The notes below the pieces were generated by a model that was given only the letters and a program-made list of their open reading frames with translations, ran no database searches and was not told the origin of the DNA. A DNA stretch of 63,799 bases, the filler included, from Choristocarpus tenellus KU-1152 (Eukaryota > Protista > Phaeophyceae), in the NCBI GenBank assembly GCA_964200185.2. It is 9 parts of 9 records of this genome, joined end to end, with 100 filler letters (N's around TTAATTAATTAA, not from the genome) between each part and the next. Parts side by side here need not be neighbours in the genome. Positions count along the whole stretch, not along the records: positions 22,200 to 31,594 come from CAXNAD020003713.1; positions 31,695 to 36,432 come from CAXNAD020013264.1; positions 36,533 to 41,187 come from CAXNAD020013607.1; 6 more parts are not named here. The stretch is one strand, 5' to 3'. Shown here in pieces: positions 25,901-39,086 of the stretch. Every line of letters begins with the position of its first letter. Within the stretch, counting starts at the first letter, position 1. A program made the translations under genes and the position numbers.

Positions 25901-28900
25901 TACACCAGGGTGTCCGTTTGGGCCATAACCAGGAAATGTGCATTTACATTATCCACCAGATGTATACAACCAAATCACCCAAAATCGCGATGAACATAAA
26001 TCGGCCCCAAATGGACAGCCACCACCCCCCCCAGTTACTTTGAGCCACCAAAAGGGCTACTACTTTGCATTTTTTCCCACAAGCTAGAGACAAGGCCCGG
26101 CTGGGGCTTGGTTGTTAGAATCCAACGTATTATACAGCACTTACGTTGGTACTGATGAACCAGGGGTTAATAGTGATTTCAATAGCTTTCTGTGGTTTTG
26201 TGTTTGAACTGCATACCACCTTCAAATTAGATTTCAAGGGACAATTCACTCAAGATATTGTTAGATCTGTACCACTGCCACTGTCAGTTTGCTTTATTGT
26301 TGAGATTTGCCATCTACAGAAAAATGTGACCCCTTGGACCACAATGAATTCAGGGGGGGTTGTATGGTAGAGTCCTATATTTTTTGTTGTCACAATCAAG
26401 ATTGTAGTAATATTCCCCTAAAGACTCCCCTGATGGCTATTTCTGTACAAGAGGCTGAGAGGAAGTATTACCATTTTCCAATCCCATCTATAATTGCACC
26501 CTTCGGTGACGTTATGTCCACCCTCTGTGAGATCTAATTCAAAGCAGAATCAAACTTTACCTCCAATCATTCTGCCAAACCAGCAACTTTATGGCATGTA
26601 TCGATTCTAGCTCTAATCCTCACCCATTCCTAAGTCCAGTATTGGCTCTTCAAGAGATGAAATGTTCACTTTGATCCCATCCTATCAGCCATTGGATAAT
26701 CTCCTTGCTATATCAACTACTTCTTCCTCTAAATATTGTCCTCAGTCGCTTCCTTGAGGCAACAATTTCCATTTGCCAAGCGATACCTTCGTCTTTCCCT
26801 CCCCCCACCACTACAATATGTCCGCCAGTGCATCTATCAAACTCTCTGCAGGTGTTCCAGTGTCTGCAACCGACTTGCATGCATATTCCAGGTATCGGTT
26901 CCGTGTCCGTGCAGTCAACACTGTTGGAACTGGAGCATGGTCACAAGAGAGTGACTGGTTCAGCACTCTGCCCGAGTTTCCAGGAGCACCATCGGTTGGA
27001 GAAGGTTGGGGGGGGAGGGAGCATGAAAAAAGTGGTAAGTTTTTGCTTGGAAAAAGAGGAGAGAGCAGTACATGTAATATTGTGATGCTCATAGCAAATT
27101 CAGCCAGGAGCGATGTATTTGGAAGTAGTACTAAAGGCGCAAAAAGAAATGGTCTCCATGTTGTTAAAAGATAGAAGGTTTTTGTATTAACAGTATTGGC
27201 ATGCAGTATATTTTCAGAAGCTGCATAGGGTGATCGTTTATCTCCATTTTGCTATGGGCATAAACCAGCTATTCTCTCACCAAGCAATAACCTCTTTAAT
27301 CATATCTTTACTATCAAGGCGAGCACATAGTAATACATGTGCACCATGGCCTGCGTATCCCATCCCCAAACCCCATCACTACCCTGAAGGCAATATCTAC
27401 AAACACTCTTCCCCTCCCTCTACAGACTGAAGCAAAAGCATACACACGCACATGAAAAATATCTCGTAATGCACCAACAAATATGCATATGGACACACAC
27501 AGAGACCCACTCACTCCATATACATCGTTTTGATCACTTGCCCCATCAGTATTGTTGTCATTGGAGGGAGAAGGACAGCATCCGGCCAACATGCTTGACC
27601 CAGACTATGCCCATGGTGCTGGGTGGGGTGGAGATGGCGATGGTGGTATCGGAGGAGGGGGTATGGCAGTCCTAATTTCCCGCACTCATGGGCTGCCCAG
27701 AGCCTCACGGAGCCACTTCTACTTCACAGGTGGAAGACAGTAGTGACGATCTTCCCGGAATATGGGAAATTTGGGGGGCAAAGGTAGTAAGAGGGCATCT
27801 AGTTCATGTTCTCCATAGGCAAAATATAGAAAATTCCACGTTTAGAGCCCTACACAGCTTGTTCCAGTGTTCCATTGCTCCCTGTTCTATCACGTTCCCA
27901 ATGAACATCTGTATTATTCTTAGTAACCCAAGGCATTCAAGAGGGTAGGGCTGCATCGATTCTTGGTGATAAATCCAATGTCGTGATTTTGATTCATTTT
28001 GGGTATCATGTTTGTTAGCAAGTGTCAATATCCTTGCTCCAAACACACATTTCATAGTTGTATACATTATAGGTAACTGTCTTCACACAGAAAATCGAAA
28101 AATGGCATAAAAAAAACGTGGGAACCAAGCACAAACTCCTACCGAACAAACAGGTTGAAACTCCTACCGTCTTAAATGCTTTGACTCAGAACTCTTCAGC
28201 TGGGCAGGGTGTACCCCAGCTGAGTTTCTCTCTCCAAAGGTTGCTGAGATGCATATCAGCACAAATCTATCTGAAGTTTATTATAGCATAATATAGAAAT
28301 TGTACTTGGTGTGTATCTCTAGCCTAGAGTACCATCCTTGAAATGTGACCAAAGTGTGAGATTGTGGAGGCATCAAAAACATCTTTGCATACTCTACAAT
28401 ACTTTGTCCTTTGCACTTTTGGAACTCAAACATCGAGAGCTTGAGACTGATACGACCCTACAATTACTTGTGTACCAAGCAGGATCTCCTCAAGCGTACA
28501 GAGTGCCTTCCCATTCTTCCGTGAACAGAATCACCATCAAGCTCTGGGGTGCTGGTGGGGCTGGCTCAATTGGCCCAGGGCAACCAGCTGTATCTAGTGG
28601 CAATGCCACCCAAGGTTAAAGATCATTCCTGGTTTACAGTACATGACGTGGGGCGATCACAAGCACAGACTATCCTAAATTCAAACTGGACTACCTATAT
28701 CATTTCACTTTGTCCCTCACTCAACGTTTTCTCCCGATATGTCCTCTTGCCCCCCTCTTTGATGCTGACATTCTTGTCATTGCACATACTGCACCCATAC
28801 CATCATTCCCGCCCCTGAGCAAACCCTCCCACCCTTCTTTTCCTCTAAGAATTAAAGCCTATGCCTTGGTTATTTTAACTCATTCAATCTTACCCATCTT

Positions 28901-31594
28901 CTCCTTTGCACAAACACTTTCCACATCCAATTTCCTCCTTCCCCCCTCTTCCACCCTCACTTATTCAGCTGATCTTTCGATCTGTTCCATCATCCTTTGA
29001 ATGAGTCAAATTATCTTAGAGGGTAGAGCCGTGTCCGTTTGGGGGTCAAAATCCAATGTTACGATTTTGATGTAATTTTGGCTGTTGCATTTGTTAGGAA
29101 AGTGTCAATTTCCTTGTTCCGAACACACCTTTTCATAAGGTGTACATTTTACATACTCCGAAACATTTCTGAATAGGAAAATATCATAAGAAACCCTGTG
29201 GGAAGCCAAGCCCCAAATGGACACACAGGGAAAAACTCGTACCCTCTACGATACTTTCACTCAATTCCACCCCTTTTCCCTCCTATTCACGCTTGTACAC
29301 AACTAGATCAATCCTCAACCGAGAAACAACAAACGGGCACTTTAGCTAGACCTCACCGAGGCTGAACTGATAGTAATACATATTCTGTAAGCCAGAACAC
29401 GATAAGAAAATATTCAGACCTTAGTGACCCATCACATTCCCCATCAAGTTTTTTGGTGAATTTCTCACCGGCATGGGAGTTAATTTTACCGCCAGTACTT
29501 TGCTTGCCCCATAATGCCGTCTGTTGTGTTTACTGAGGGTAGGGCATGAGGTCTTAGAACTCTTACAGATATGAAAATAATTTCCTCATGCCCATATCAA
29601 CCCACCTCTACTCCCAACTCGACTTTTACTGAGTATACTATCATTGTAATAATTCTGAACTAGGGATACGGTCTGTAGGAGGAGGTGGAGGATTTATCCA
29701 GGCTGAGATCTCAGTCACACCTGGAGAAGTACTTCAGGTCTTTGTTGGGGGAGGGGGTACCTCATCAATGGGTGACCAGATGGGAGGACCAGGAGGTTAC
29801 AATGGGGGACAAAGTGGTGGTTCAGGTGGTGCTGGGGCTGGTGGGGGTGGCGGAGGAACATCTGTGCTCCGGAATGGACAACTGCTGGCTGTTGCGGGTG
29901 GGGGAGGAGGGGGAGGGGTGGGTGAGAGCTGCTGTAGCCATGGGGGAGCTGGGGGAGGGGTGTTGGGGTTAGCTGGATGGAGTCCTGGCTTCACTGAGAT
30001 TGAAGAAATGGGGCAGTATCAAGGAGTATGCGCTCATGGACTATGCACAGGTGTCGAGAAGGTGAGGTGTGTCACCTCAGGGATCAATAGAAACAAGGAG
30101 TACAAGACTTGGATATAGTTTTCAAATCAAAATAGACTGGTGATGAGAATAAAATCTGCCCCCACAGTTTGCATCCCTAGCACAAAGTATTTTTCCTCAA
30201 TGAGCACATGGGCAAAATGAGATACATCATACTTGAACAATATTCCCTATATTAATAATAGCATATACCATGGTTGCAGTAGAAATTAGAGAGCGCAGTC
30301 AAGGAGAGGAGAGAGGTTTGCAATTAGTTCCCTGAAACAACATCATATGGAGCGTACTAGAAGCATATTTCAACCCAAGGGTGGTTCCATGGATATTTCC
30401 TCACCTTCAAGGAAAATAAGAGAGTGAACAAATGCCACCCTATTACAAGCCGTAGAAAAATATAGATCTAGCACATAGAAGCACCTGTGTCACACCCGGT
30501 CTCAAAATAAAGTCAATCCCAAAGGATAGATACCACAATCTTTCACCTATCTGCCATTCGCTCATTCACTGGTTCCTAGGCCGGGAATGACCCACGTGCA
30601 ATGGACTTCCCTCACCCCACTGGTGGACATGGGGGTTCTGCCAAGGCAGGAGGAGAAGCAGGAAGTTCAACACTGGAACAAGCTCAATGGGGTACCACAG
30701 CGTGAGAAACACGCTAAAACCTACCCTCGCACAATCTCCACAGCTTGCACATGTATTTCTTATCCATACCCATCCCACAAAAACCGAAATATAAAAATTC
30801 TCTACATACCCTACAAGGAAGGGTAGACTGAACCAAGTCTCATCGACAAAAAAGACTCTGAAATTGATGTCTACATCAGACTATCTTTCTGTTAGGTGAT
30901 CCTTATTCCAACGCCCGCTACTACCTGTACACTATCTATATCCTCCAAGAGAGCTTAACCCAGTTCATCTGAAGTTGTAGAAGTCTACTCAGAAATTAAT
31001 ATAGCCTTAGCTCCAAACCGATCTCATACTTGGACCAGCAGATGCAGTAGATGTTCTCTCTGCCTCACTCCTCTGCACACTGATATCTCCCTCTTTGTCC
31101 CCCATATATGAGTTTTAAAAGGCAGTGGGACAGCCCAACATTCGCTCCAACACCATTTAGCCAGAAAAGCTAGGACCTGCTACAGTGCCTATTGGGCTCA
31201 AAGCTGTGTTAAGAGTAAAAGGTGGTCATCGATTATGTCAGTTGGACCGAAGTGTTGTTTTTTGTGGTGGTGCATCATGCCCAAGCTCTGAAAAACACTG
31301 AATATAAGTGCTTGTCTTCCTAAATTAGGTAATAATTGATTGTGAGTTCTCTCCTCCCCAATTACACGTCCTCCTGTAGAACTAACTTCCCATTACCTCT
31401 ACTGAAGGTCTCGCAATGCCTCAAATGGAGGATCTCTCAATGGGGGATCTGGTGCCAACGGTCGGAGAGCAGGGGGTGGAGGTGGCGGAGGTTTGTTTGG
31501 AGGTGGAGGCGGGGGTACTGGTCAGCTAGGAGGAGGTGGGGGGGGAGGGGGATCGGCATATATCGATCAGTCTTGCATATTGGAGTCCTCACAG
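22982..31594 (+). CDS. Multi-exon protein with fibronectin type III repeats followed by an ALK/LTK-type glycine-rich domain (truncated at both ends)
   Basis: FN3 exons ~22982-23177 (LLPDSEYRFRVRASNSRGHGPFS), ~23724-23893 (MDISW), ~26852-26995 (YSRYRFRVRAVNTVGTGAWS). Gly-rich exons ~27550-27730, ~28480-28614 (ITIKLWGAGGAG), ~29665-30061 (VTPGEVLQVFVGGGG, LLAVAGGGGGGG), ~30580-30701, ~31408-31594 (GGGGGSAYI). Confidence 0.8.
24327..24594 (+). mobile_element. MITE family C
   Basis: Right TIR CTGGGTACCTCTCGTTTACTTTGACTC. TSD TCT. Confidence 0.8.
25005..25263 (+). mobile_element. MITE family A
   Basis: Both TIRs present. Flanks ATTT/AATT. Confidence 0.9.
25871..26046 (+). mobile_element. MITE family B
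   Basis: GACCCAAAGTATCTGG...CCAGTTACTTTGAGCC. TSD ACCA. Confidence 0.9.
27925..28187 (+). mobile_element. MITE family A, old degenerate copy
   Basis: Internal AGTGTCAATATCCTTG..CACAC..TTTCATA core and TTTGACTC end. Confidence 0.7.
29003..29262 (+). mobile_element. MITE family A
   Basis: Both TIRs present. TSD AAT. Confidence 0.9.
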
Positions 31595-31694
31595 NNNNNN
31601 NNNNNNNNNNNNNNNNNNNNNNNNNNNNNNNNNNNNNNTTAATTAATTAANNNNNNNNNNNNNNNNNNNNNNNNNNNNNNNNNNNNNNNNNNNN
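31595..31694. other. Artificial contig linker
   Basis: N44-TTAATTAATTAA-N44. Confidence 0.98.
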
Positions 31695-31759
31695 ATGGGA
31701 AGCCAAGCCCCAAATGGACAAACATGGCAAAACTCGTACCCTCTAAGATACTTTCACTC
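31695..31759 (+). mobile_element. MITE family A right end (contig start)
   Basis: CAAAACTCGTACCCTCTAAGATACTTTCACTC. Confidence 0.85.
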
Positions 31760-31829
31760 GTTCCTTTTGTTCCTGGACTTAGGGTTGGACGTATAAGTTG
31801 ATTAAGGCTTTCTCCCTGCCTGCCTGCAT

Positions 31830-32285
31830 TCATTCAAGAAATTTTGTGGGAAAGGGGAATGTTAGAACCCGGAATGATGAAGGACGGGGGGAAGGGAGAG
31901 AAACATGACCCGAGCAAAAGCATGTTGCATGTGCTTGGAGAGCAGAGGGACTTCAGTGCGATAGTTCCTAGTCTTCAGCTTCTTGTCGAGCGGTGCAGAG
32001 AGGTATGCCAAATCCTCCCAAAGTATCACTGTGAGCTCAACCCCATTGAGTTTGTATGGGGTCGAGTAAAAGTACTGGCTACGACAGCATTGTACCTATT
32101 ATTTGGACGGACTCCGAAAAAACGTTCCTTTAAGATTGAAACCAAGTGAGAATAGTCAGGTTGTTTGACTCGTACAGAAGTACTGCAAGAAGGCGTACAC
32201 ACTCCATCTTGTCTACTTCAAGACGGCTGCCACTAGACCGGACGCCAACAAGGAGTACAAGAGGTACAAGTTCCATATAGGCGCC
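31830..32285 (+). pseudogene. IS630/Tc1/mariner-superfamily DDE transposase C-terminal fragment
   Basis: LGEQRDF...ILPKYHCELNPIEFVWGRVK catalytic-Glu motif, then a frameshift and a KRYKFH tail. Confidence 0.75.
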
Positions 32286-33712
32286 CAGCACATTCGGAAT
32301 TTCTGGTGGCAGATGGAGACAAGAGTTATATTTACATTTGATATTAATTTCCTGAGTCGTTTGTTTGGTTGGCGTTTTTTCCCCCCCAAGTATACTTCAA
32401 TCAAGTAATAGTACATCTGTTGCCACTCTTAGGTGACCTACAATCCAGGGTTCGAAGCCCAGTATAAGCGATCTTTCTAAAAAAATAAAACAAAGCCCTT
32501 ACTTTGGAGGGCCTTTTGACGGGCACCACGAATATGCATTTATTTTTGATCCGATGTCTTCAACAAAAGTTGTGATGGGACACCCCAGAGCCATAAGCTA
32601 TTGGTAGCACTAAATGCGTACTTAAACCATATTGGGTTCTGGTCATATTAGGCGAGATTAAACCCGCATGTTACTAACACACATGTTTAGCTTCAACAGA
32701 TCGAAAAATAATAAAGTACGGGGGGATCTCCACACCTCCACAGGTTGTTTTTACAAAATTGCGTTTCCTTACTCTGGTTTCCTTAGGTCTTACCTACGTA
32801 CCTACGTAGTTACTACTTCGAAGTAGGAACATCTAAATGTAGTAACAAATGTTACAGACAAATAGCACGAGCATTTCTTCTTGTGTTCCAATGAAGTGCG
32901 AGCATTTGTTAAACGCGAATATCGCGAGCATTTCTTCCCATGTTTTAGCAAACACAAACATTTGTGACAGATGTATAGTGTGAGAATTGTTTCTCGCGTT
33001 CTAACAAGTGCGAACAATGTACGATATTAGTAACACATAGGTAGGCTTACAGAAAAAATGACGATTTGATAGGAGATACAGAGTAAGATGTGAAATTCAA
33101 ACATAGATGTCAATTCCTGGAAGTTGCAGAATAAGCATTTATGATTGAAGTATCTACTTAGCAGTTTGCAGACTTCATTTAACTCTTTGGCTGTAGAAAA
33201 TTGGTGGATGATGCTAATAGAAGGCTGATGCGGACCACCACGCCCTCAGACCTTTTTGATTAACCTCTTTTGATAAAGCGAAAGCGAGACATTGATTGAG
33301 CTAAACATCAAGCTGACACCGTACGTGGTTATCATCTGTGGACCCCCCTCGTAGCGTCGTTTTAACGTCGTTGGATTTGAGTTGTACATCCTGTGTGGAG
33401 ATGAGTTCTGAGGGGTGCCTGTGACACAAACACAGGAGTTGCAAAGAGTGATCGATAAACAGCAAGCAGGAGCAGGCCAACAAGATACAGGCACTCCAAC
33501 AGGAGATCGTGAGGCTCAATAGGACCACAAAAATAATCCAGGTGGAAACAGGTAAGGCGAAAGCGGAGAATTAATTCGAGATGATCAGGAAGGAAATATT
33601 ATATATGGTGTCCCAGCAATGACAAATTAGACCTTGCGACTTTCAAGGCATGGGCTTCGATGTTTTGGGTAATAGAGATGTCTCTACCATGCCAAAGATC
33701 AGACTAGCATTG

Positions 33713-34481
33713 GAGTTCAAGTATTTTAGAGGGTAGAGCCTAATCCAATGTTGCGATTTTGATGTAATTTTGGCTATTGTATTAGTTAGGAAGGGTCAAT
33801 ATCCTTGTTCCGAACACACCTTTTCATAAGGTATATGTTACAGGCACACTCCAGAAGCTTACCTCCACCAGATGTGTAACTCCAATTCACAGACCTATAG
33901 ATGACACCGATATGCATACAGACCTCTCAGAGTCCTCCACAGGATGTGCAGCTCCAATCCCCAGGTCTATAGATGGCACCCATGCTCGTACAAGGCTCCG
34001 AGGATACTCCGACAGCTAAAGGAGTCCAGTCCACAGGTTAACGAACATCAGCTCAGCAGAACAGGGGAGTCCAATCCGCAGGTTAACGAACGTCAGCTCA
34101 GCAGAATAGGGACACTCTCAATTATTCAATCAGCATATTAAATGTATATGATATCAGAATAGAGAGTGCTACAGGTGGGGTCTCTAGGTCAGAAGAACTG
34201 AGGATCTCTTATCATCATTTACAGTTGGGACTTCTTATGGTTTACAGACATTGGAATATATCTGAGAACCCTTGCGACTTTCCCGAGTAACAGATTTTAT
34301 TCAGAGACTTTTTAGCAAATCGGAGTTCCCCCTTTTGAGGTTCCCCACGCGCGTACACTGCTCGCGCAGGTTAAAGCGTGGGAAGAAACACTCGCGCTAT
34401 TTGCCATAAGGAACCTGTGGGAAGCTAAGCCCCAAATAGATAAACAGAGCAAATCTCGTACCCTCTACGATACTTTCACTC
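33713..34481 (+). mobile_element. MITE family A with nested LTR-like insertion
   Basis: Both TIRs present, TSD TTG, interrupted at 33836 to ~34404. Confidence 0.85.
33836..34292 (+). mobile_element. LTR-like sequence (TGTTAC...GTAACA) with an internal ~45-bp tandem duplication
   Basis: TG..CA inverted ends. Related 5' ends at ~36132 (+) and ~33370-33426 (-). No TSD. Confidence 0.55.
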
Positions 34482-35668
34482 TTGCTTTGGGGGGGGACGT
34501 TTAAAGGGCCAATGTCGTTAAGCGAGCGAAGACAACACTGCAAAACGTTATGGAAAACGCATGGACCCTCCGTAAAACCAAGTCGTGTCTGAAACTAAGG
34601 GGAATGGTGTGAGGATCATAACCTGTTGAAACATGAATTGAATGCATCGTACATGTAAGCAAAATGCGTAGACTACAAACGACGAGGAATCATGGTGTTG
34701 CAAAGCTCCAACCGATGAGTAAAATGTGTCGTCTGTGTTGTGAATAGATGTTGATTGTGCTGCAAAGCACTGATATATTTATTATGTTGTAACTGATGTC
34801 ATTGATCTCTCAGTCAAGAATTATGTTGTGCCAATTCGATATTCTTGGTTGCTCAATCCAGAATGATATGATTTGAATTCAGTATTCTTTCATGAGATAG
34901 TCAACGAAAGAAGCCCATGCTCTGTGGAGAAGCTTGTTACCTTGACTGGCGAGGGTTTCTGTGGATGGTTTTAACTTTGGTTATATTACATCCAGTTGTG
35001 CAGCTGGTACACTTATTGCAGAGTGAGCTTGGTGGATTACGAGGGATCAATGACAACCAAGAAATAAATAATAAACAATTAACGTACAACTGTCATCTTC
35101 TCCTGATAAGAAGAAGAGAGAGAGAAAAAAATAGAAGAACAAACAAAAGAAGAACAAACTTGAATCAAAATGTGATTCAACTCAAGTGACGCATACTATT
35201 TCTGTGAGTCGAATGCAGAGCGACTGTTCTCTACTGCGGTGTTCTGACGGTAATTGATGTGGTGACGATGGACTAGTGACAGTAACGACCAGTGCGTGAC
35301 AGACCAATCAACAGTAAGTGTTGACTGGAGGAACTGTATCGTATCAAGGAAAAGCAGACGAGTAGCCTATGTTTAAACAGTATCCCACGTCAGATTTTAA
35401 CGTAACTTGCTTCAGGAACCACCTCCCTCATATTTAGAGGAGAGCGCGAATCAGGTAAGGCGTGTTTGACCTAATTTTTTCACTACTCGCAGCTAGTGGA
35501 GACTCTCCTGAAGGCAAGCGTAGGAGAGAGGTAATATATGTTTGAATAGACTCCTCCAACTATAGCGGATATCGCTCTTAGTATGAATGCAGATTAAGAT
35601 TACAATAATTGTTTGTTGGTTAACCTTGTTTGTTCTTGTATATGAACAGATAGATAGGGGTTGATTCC

Positions 35669-35927
35669 GAGTGAAAGTATCTTAGAGGGTACGAGTTTTG
35701 CCCTGTTTGTCTATTTGGGGCTTGGCTTCTCAATGATTCTTTATGAGATTTTCCTTGTCCAAAATGTTTAGAAGTAGGTAAAGTGTATATACTTTATGAA
35801 AAGGTGTGTCCGAAACATAGATACTGACATTTCCTAACGAATATGATAGCCAAATTTACATCAAGATGGCAACATTGGATTTTGATCCCAAATGGACACG
35901 GCTCTACCCTCTAAGATAATTTGACTC
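35669..35927 (-). mobile_element. MITE family A
   Basis: Both TIRs present. TSD TTCC. Confidence 0.9.
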
Positions 35928-36378
35928 TTCCATAACCATGGTGTTTTGGAGTTGTATGGTCGCCCCCTCTGCTTGGGAATGATCGCTTTACAACATTTGG
36001 TAATACTCCTGAATTTATTTTTTCCATCCATCCATGACTGGGGGATACTTTAACACAATACTGCAACAAGAGAGGCACAAGACCAACCTAGGGGATTTGT
36101 AATCGACCTCTAAGGTTATAGCAATAAGTCATGTTACAGGCGCCCCCGAAAGCTCACCTCCACAGGATGTATAGCTCCAATCTACGGGCTTATAGATGAT
36201 ACTGATGTACGTATAGGACTCCTGATGCACAAGTCGTCAAGTATGCGGGATCTTCCACTTGGATTATCATCAAAATCATCATATAAGAAAGGAACTGATC
36301 AATTATGTCTTATCACAATCGGGGACTATAATGACCAAATAATAAATAAATAACCAAGAAGTACAAATATATCAAATA

Positions 36379-36607
36379 ACAGGGGATTCGCAAAATTGAG
36401 GATGGAGCGGGACTATGAGGATGGTTGTTTTGNNNNNNNNNNNNNNNNNNNNNNNNNNNNNNNNNNNNNNNNNNNNTTAATTAATTAANNNNNNNNNNNN
36501 NNNNNNNNNNNNNNNNNNNNNNNNNNNNNNNNACTTTTTTAAGACGATTTTCACAAAACAACCATCCTCGTAGTCCCGCTTCATCCTCAGTTTTGAGAAT
36601 CTGCTGT
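36379..36607. mobile_element. TA-flanked TIR element ends on both sides of a linker
   Basis: TA|ACAGGGGATTCGCAAAATTGAGGATG... and ...CATCCTCAGTTTTGAGAATCTGCTGT|TA. A related end lies at ~60495-60543. Confidence 0.6.
36433..36532. other. Artificial contig linker
   Basis: N44-TTAATTAATTAA-N44. Confidence 0.98.
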
Positions 36608-39086
36608 TATATGTGGAAAGCATGTTTGTTGTCATACCGTTATTGCCGTATGCCATATACCGTTAACCGTTGTACCGATTTAGGTTCCCAGTCAAGCGTC
36701 CATGATTTCACTGACAGACTTTCCGTCAAAATGAAACCATGGAATCTCTTCATGTGACCAATCCCATGGACTTGGGACAGCTCGTCATTCAGAGTTGTCA
36801 CACATGAAGATCCACTTTGTTCTCACGTCTTGACTGATGGTGATGAAGCCCCATCTTTGATGATGCTCATCACTCCTCAATTTACAGTTGTCCAACCTTA
36901 ACGTCGTACCCTCGGTTACGGTTCGTCTTTGTTCGTCTGGTCCGTCTTGCCCAGGTGATTCTCTTCACCACCCTAGCCTGAGTGAATCACGCCGCCACAG
37001 AATCACACGATTCACACAGAAGATACTATTACCAATAGTTTCTTTCGCCTCAAGTATGTTTATCCGATTTCACCAAGAATTAACTGTAAGAGTTATTATT
37101 GGTATGTGGACAGTTATTAGTTCTTCCGTTCTGCTACTATTTTTTTTCGACTTAGAAACAAGTAATCTCACACCAAAAACAACAAAGATTGATTACCAAG
37201 TAATTAATTGGTATCATTTAAATCATCTTTTGTTTTCTACATAAGGATGAAAGAAAGATGCCGAATAATAGTCGGAGAGGAACCACAATTTATCATAAAT
37301 ATCAAGAGAGGTAGGTCCATGGAGTCAAACAGATCAGGATGACAAAATAAATGTTTGGTATAATCAATTACGGATCAGTCTATATCTATCGCACCACCTC
37401 TTTTTGATAGATAAGACAGGACTCATGTCGCCTCTAGTCCATCCATTTGTTGATGAAAAAACAAAAAACAAAGAAAGAGACAGATCTGTGTCCTTTATTA
37501 CCCATGATCTCACAAATATCGAATTTGCCTAGAAGAGTACCACTATTTCTTCCTGATTTCCATGTAGAGACAGGTGGGGAAGGAGGAGAAGGAAGGACCC
37601 ACTTGTTCGTCAACCAGCAATTAACATGACGTCATAATGAAACGAGAGAAAGTTACTGGACACTGAGGATGAAAATTGCCACCATGAGAGGATCGACCCT
37701 CGAGAATTGCCCATGTTCGGCTGTTGTTACCCATACAGTCAATCTTCGAGCCTGGTTTAGGTGTTAACCGTGGATTAAGGAGTTGGGAGAATTGGCTTGT
37801 TGGAAGCGTGCAAGGTACTGGCTTAATCGTCGCATCCGGTCACAAAATTGCTGTGATCGAGGGAGGCAGGTCTTTGGAAGATACTTCCACTCAGGAATCC
37901 TTCAACGGATCACTACTCTAATAAGGTGATAGATCTTCCAGTGTGACAGAGTCTCAGACATTTCGCCAAGTACGAATCCTTAATGTTTAGTTCGCGCCAT
38001 CTCCCTTTCCCTGGGAAATGGTCTCCACCCACTCCGTCAGGTTTCAAACAACCCTCACAAACACTTCGATACTTGTATCCCTTCTTGCCTGTAACAGACA
38101 CAAGTCAACTCGACCCGACACAAGTATTACCAAGTAACGCTTCTGGTACTACTAGTAGTCCGAATATTTGCCGAGACCCCATGCATGCTTGCACTATGTG
38201 ACCTAATTTCCTCTACCTTACATCTTCGCTCGTGGTATCTATCATATGTGTACAATTACACAATCCCGCTAAAAACCTACGCCTTGTACCAATTGGGGTG
38301 TTGTGTTGAAGGGTGCATCTTTTGGACCTTGGGATTTCTGTTGTGCGGAAAGTGATAAGGAGTATCATTGGGTGGAGAGTTCGACCACGAACCCTTGACT
38401 TTACCTATGTACGCATACAATATTGTATGTTGTGTGTGTGTGTATGACTCTCACTACTGTTTGGCATGTATTGGACTATAAATTTTCGCTAGCGGCAATG
38501 TCCTTTTAGGCATACGGTGGTAAGTAACCCTACTCCAGGGGAAGGAGGAACATATTGTTTATAATAGGGCTTTTCAAGGTAAAGGAGACAACCGAATAAC
38601 CTTCATAGACGTTACTTTTATGAGATCCAGTTGCTGTGCGCTGTGTGAGTTTAAGAGAGATGTCTCAAAGCAACTGGTTTAATTTCAAAGCAATCTATGC
38701 TACAGGTCTACACGTACTTCGTAGAACTATAGCAGAAGTTGGTAGTATTCTGTGGAAGAACCAACCGTCATTTCTCATTCTCCTGGTATTATGTGTATGT
38801 AAGAGGACCCACTTCAAGTTGGGCTGTCTGCTACTCTGCAACCCCATTTCTACATACTAAATTGCCGCTCTGGTTACAAGGCATCATATTGGCGGTACCC
38901 ATCCATTTTCCACACTATCCAAGTCAAGCAACAATTTAAGAACCACCCTGTGTACTGCTATGCACAGGAGGAATCGCAGGTGAAGAGAGAGCGACACACC
39001 ATTATACTGCTTCCTACGCAAGACCACATCTTTATGGGCATCACCTGCAGCAACTTCAGAAGTGCTCTATATACTTCTTTCACACT

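Noticed and set aside
26450-31250. Faint LINE-like peptide traces in introns of the FN3 gene
   Set aside because: Too decayed to delimit without alignment
31830-32285. DDE fragment as the autonomous partner of MITE families A-D
   Set aside because: IS630/Tc1/mariner enzymes duplicate TA, not variable 3-4 bp, and the adjacent MITE end closes before the fragment
32440-32470. B-box-like GGTTCGAAGCC
   Set aside because: No A box or cloverleaf could be built
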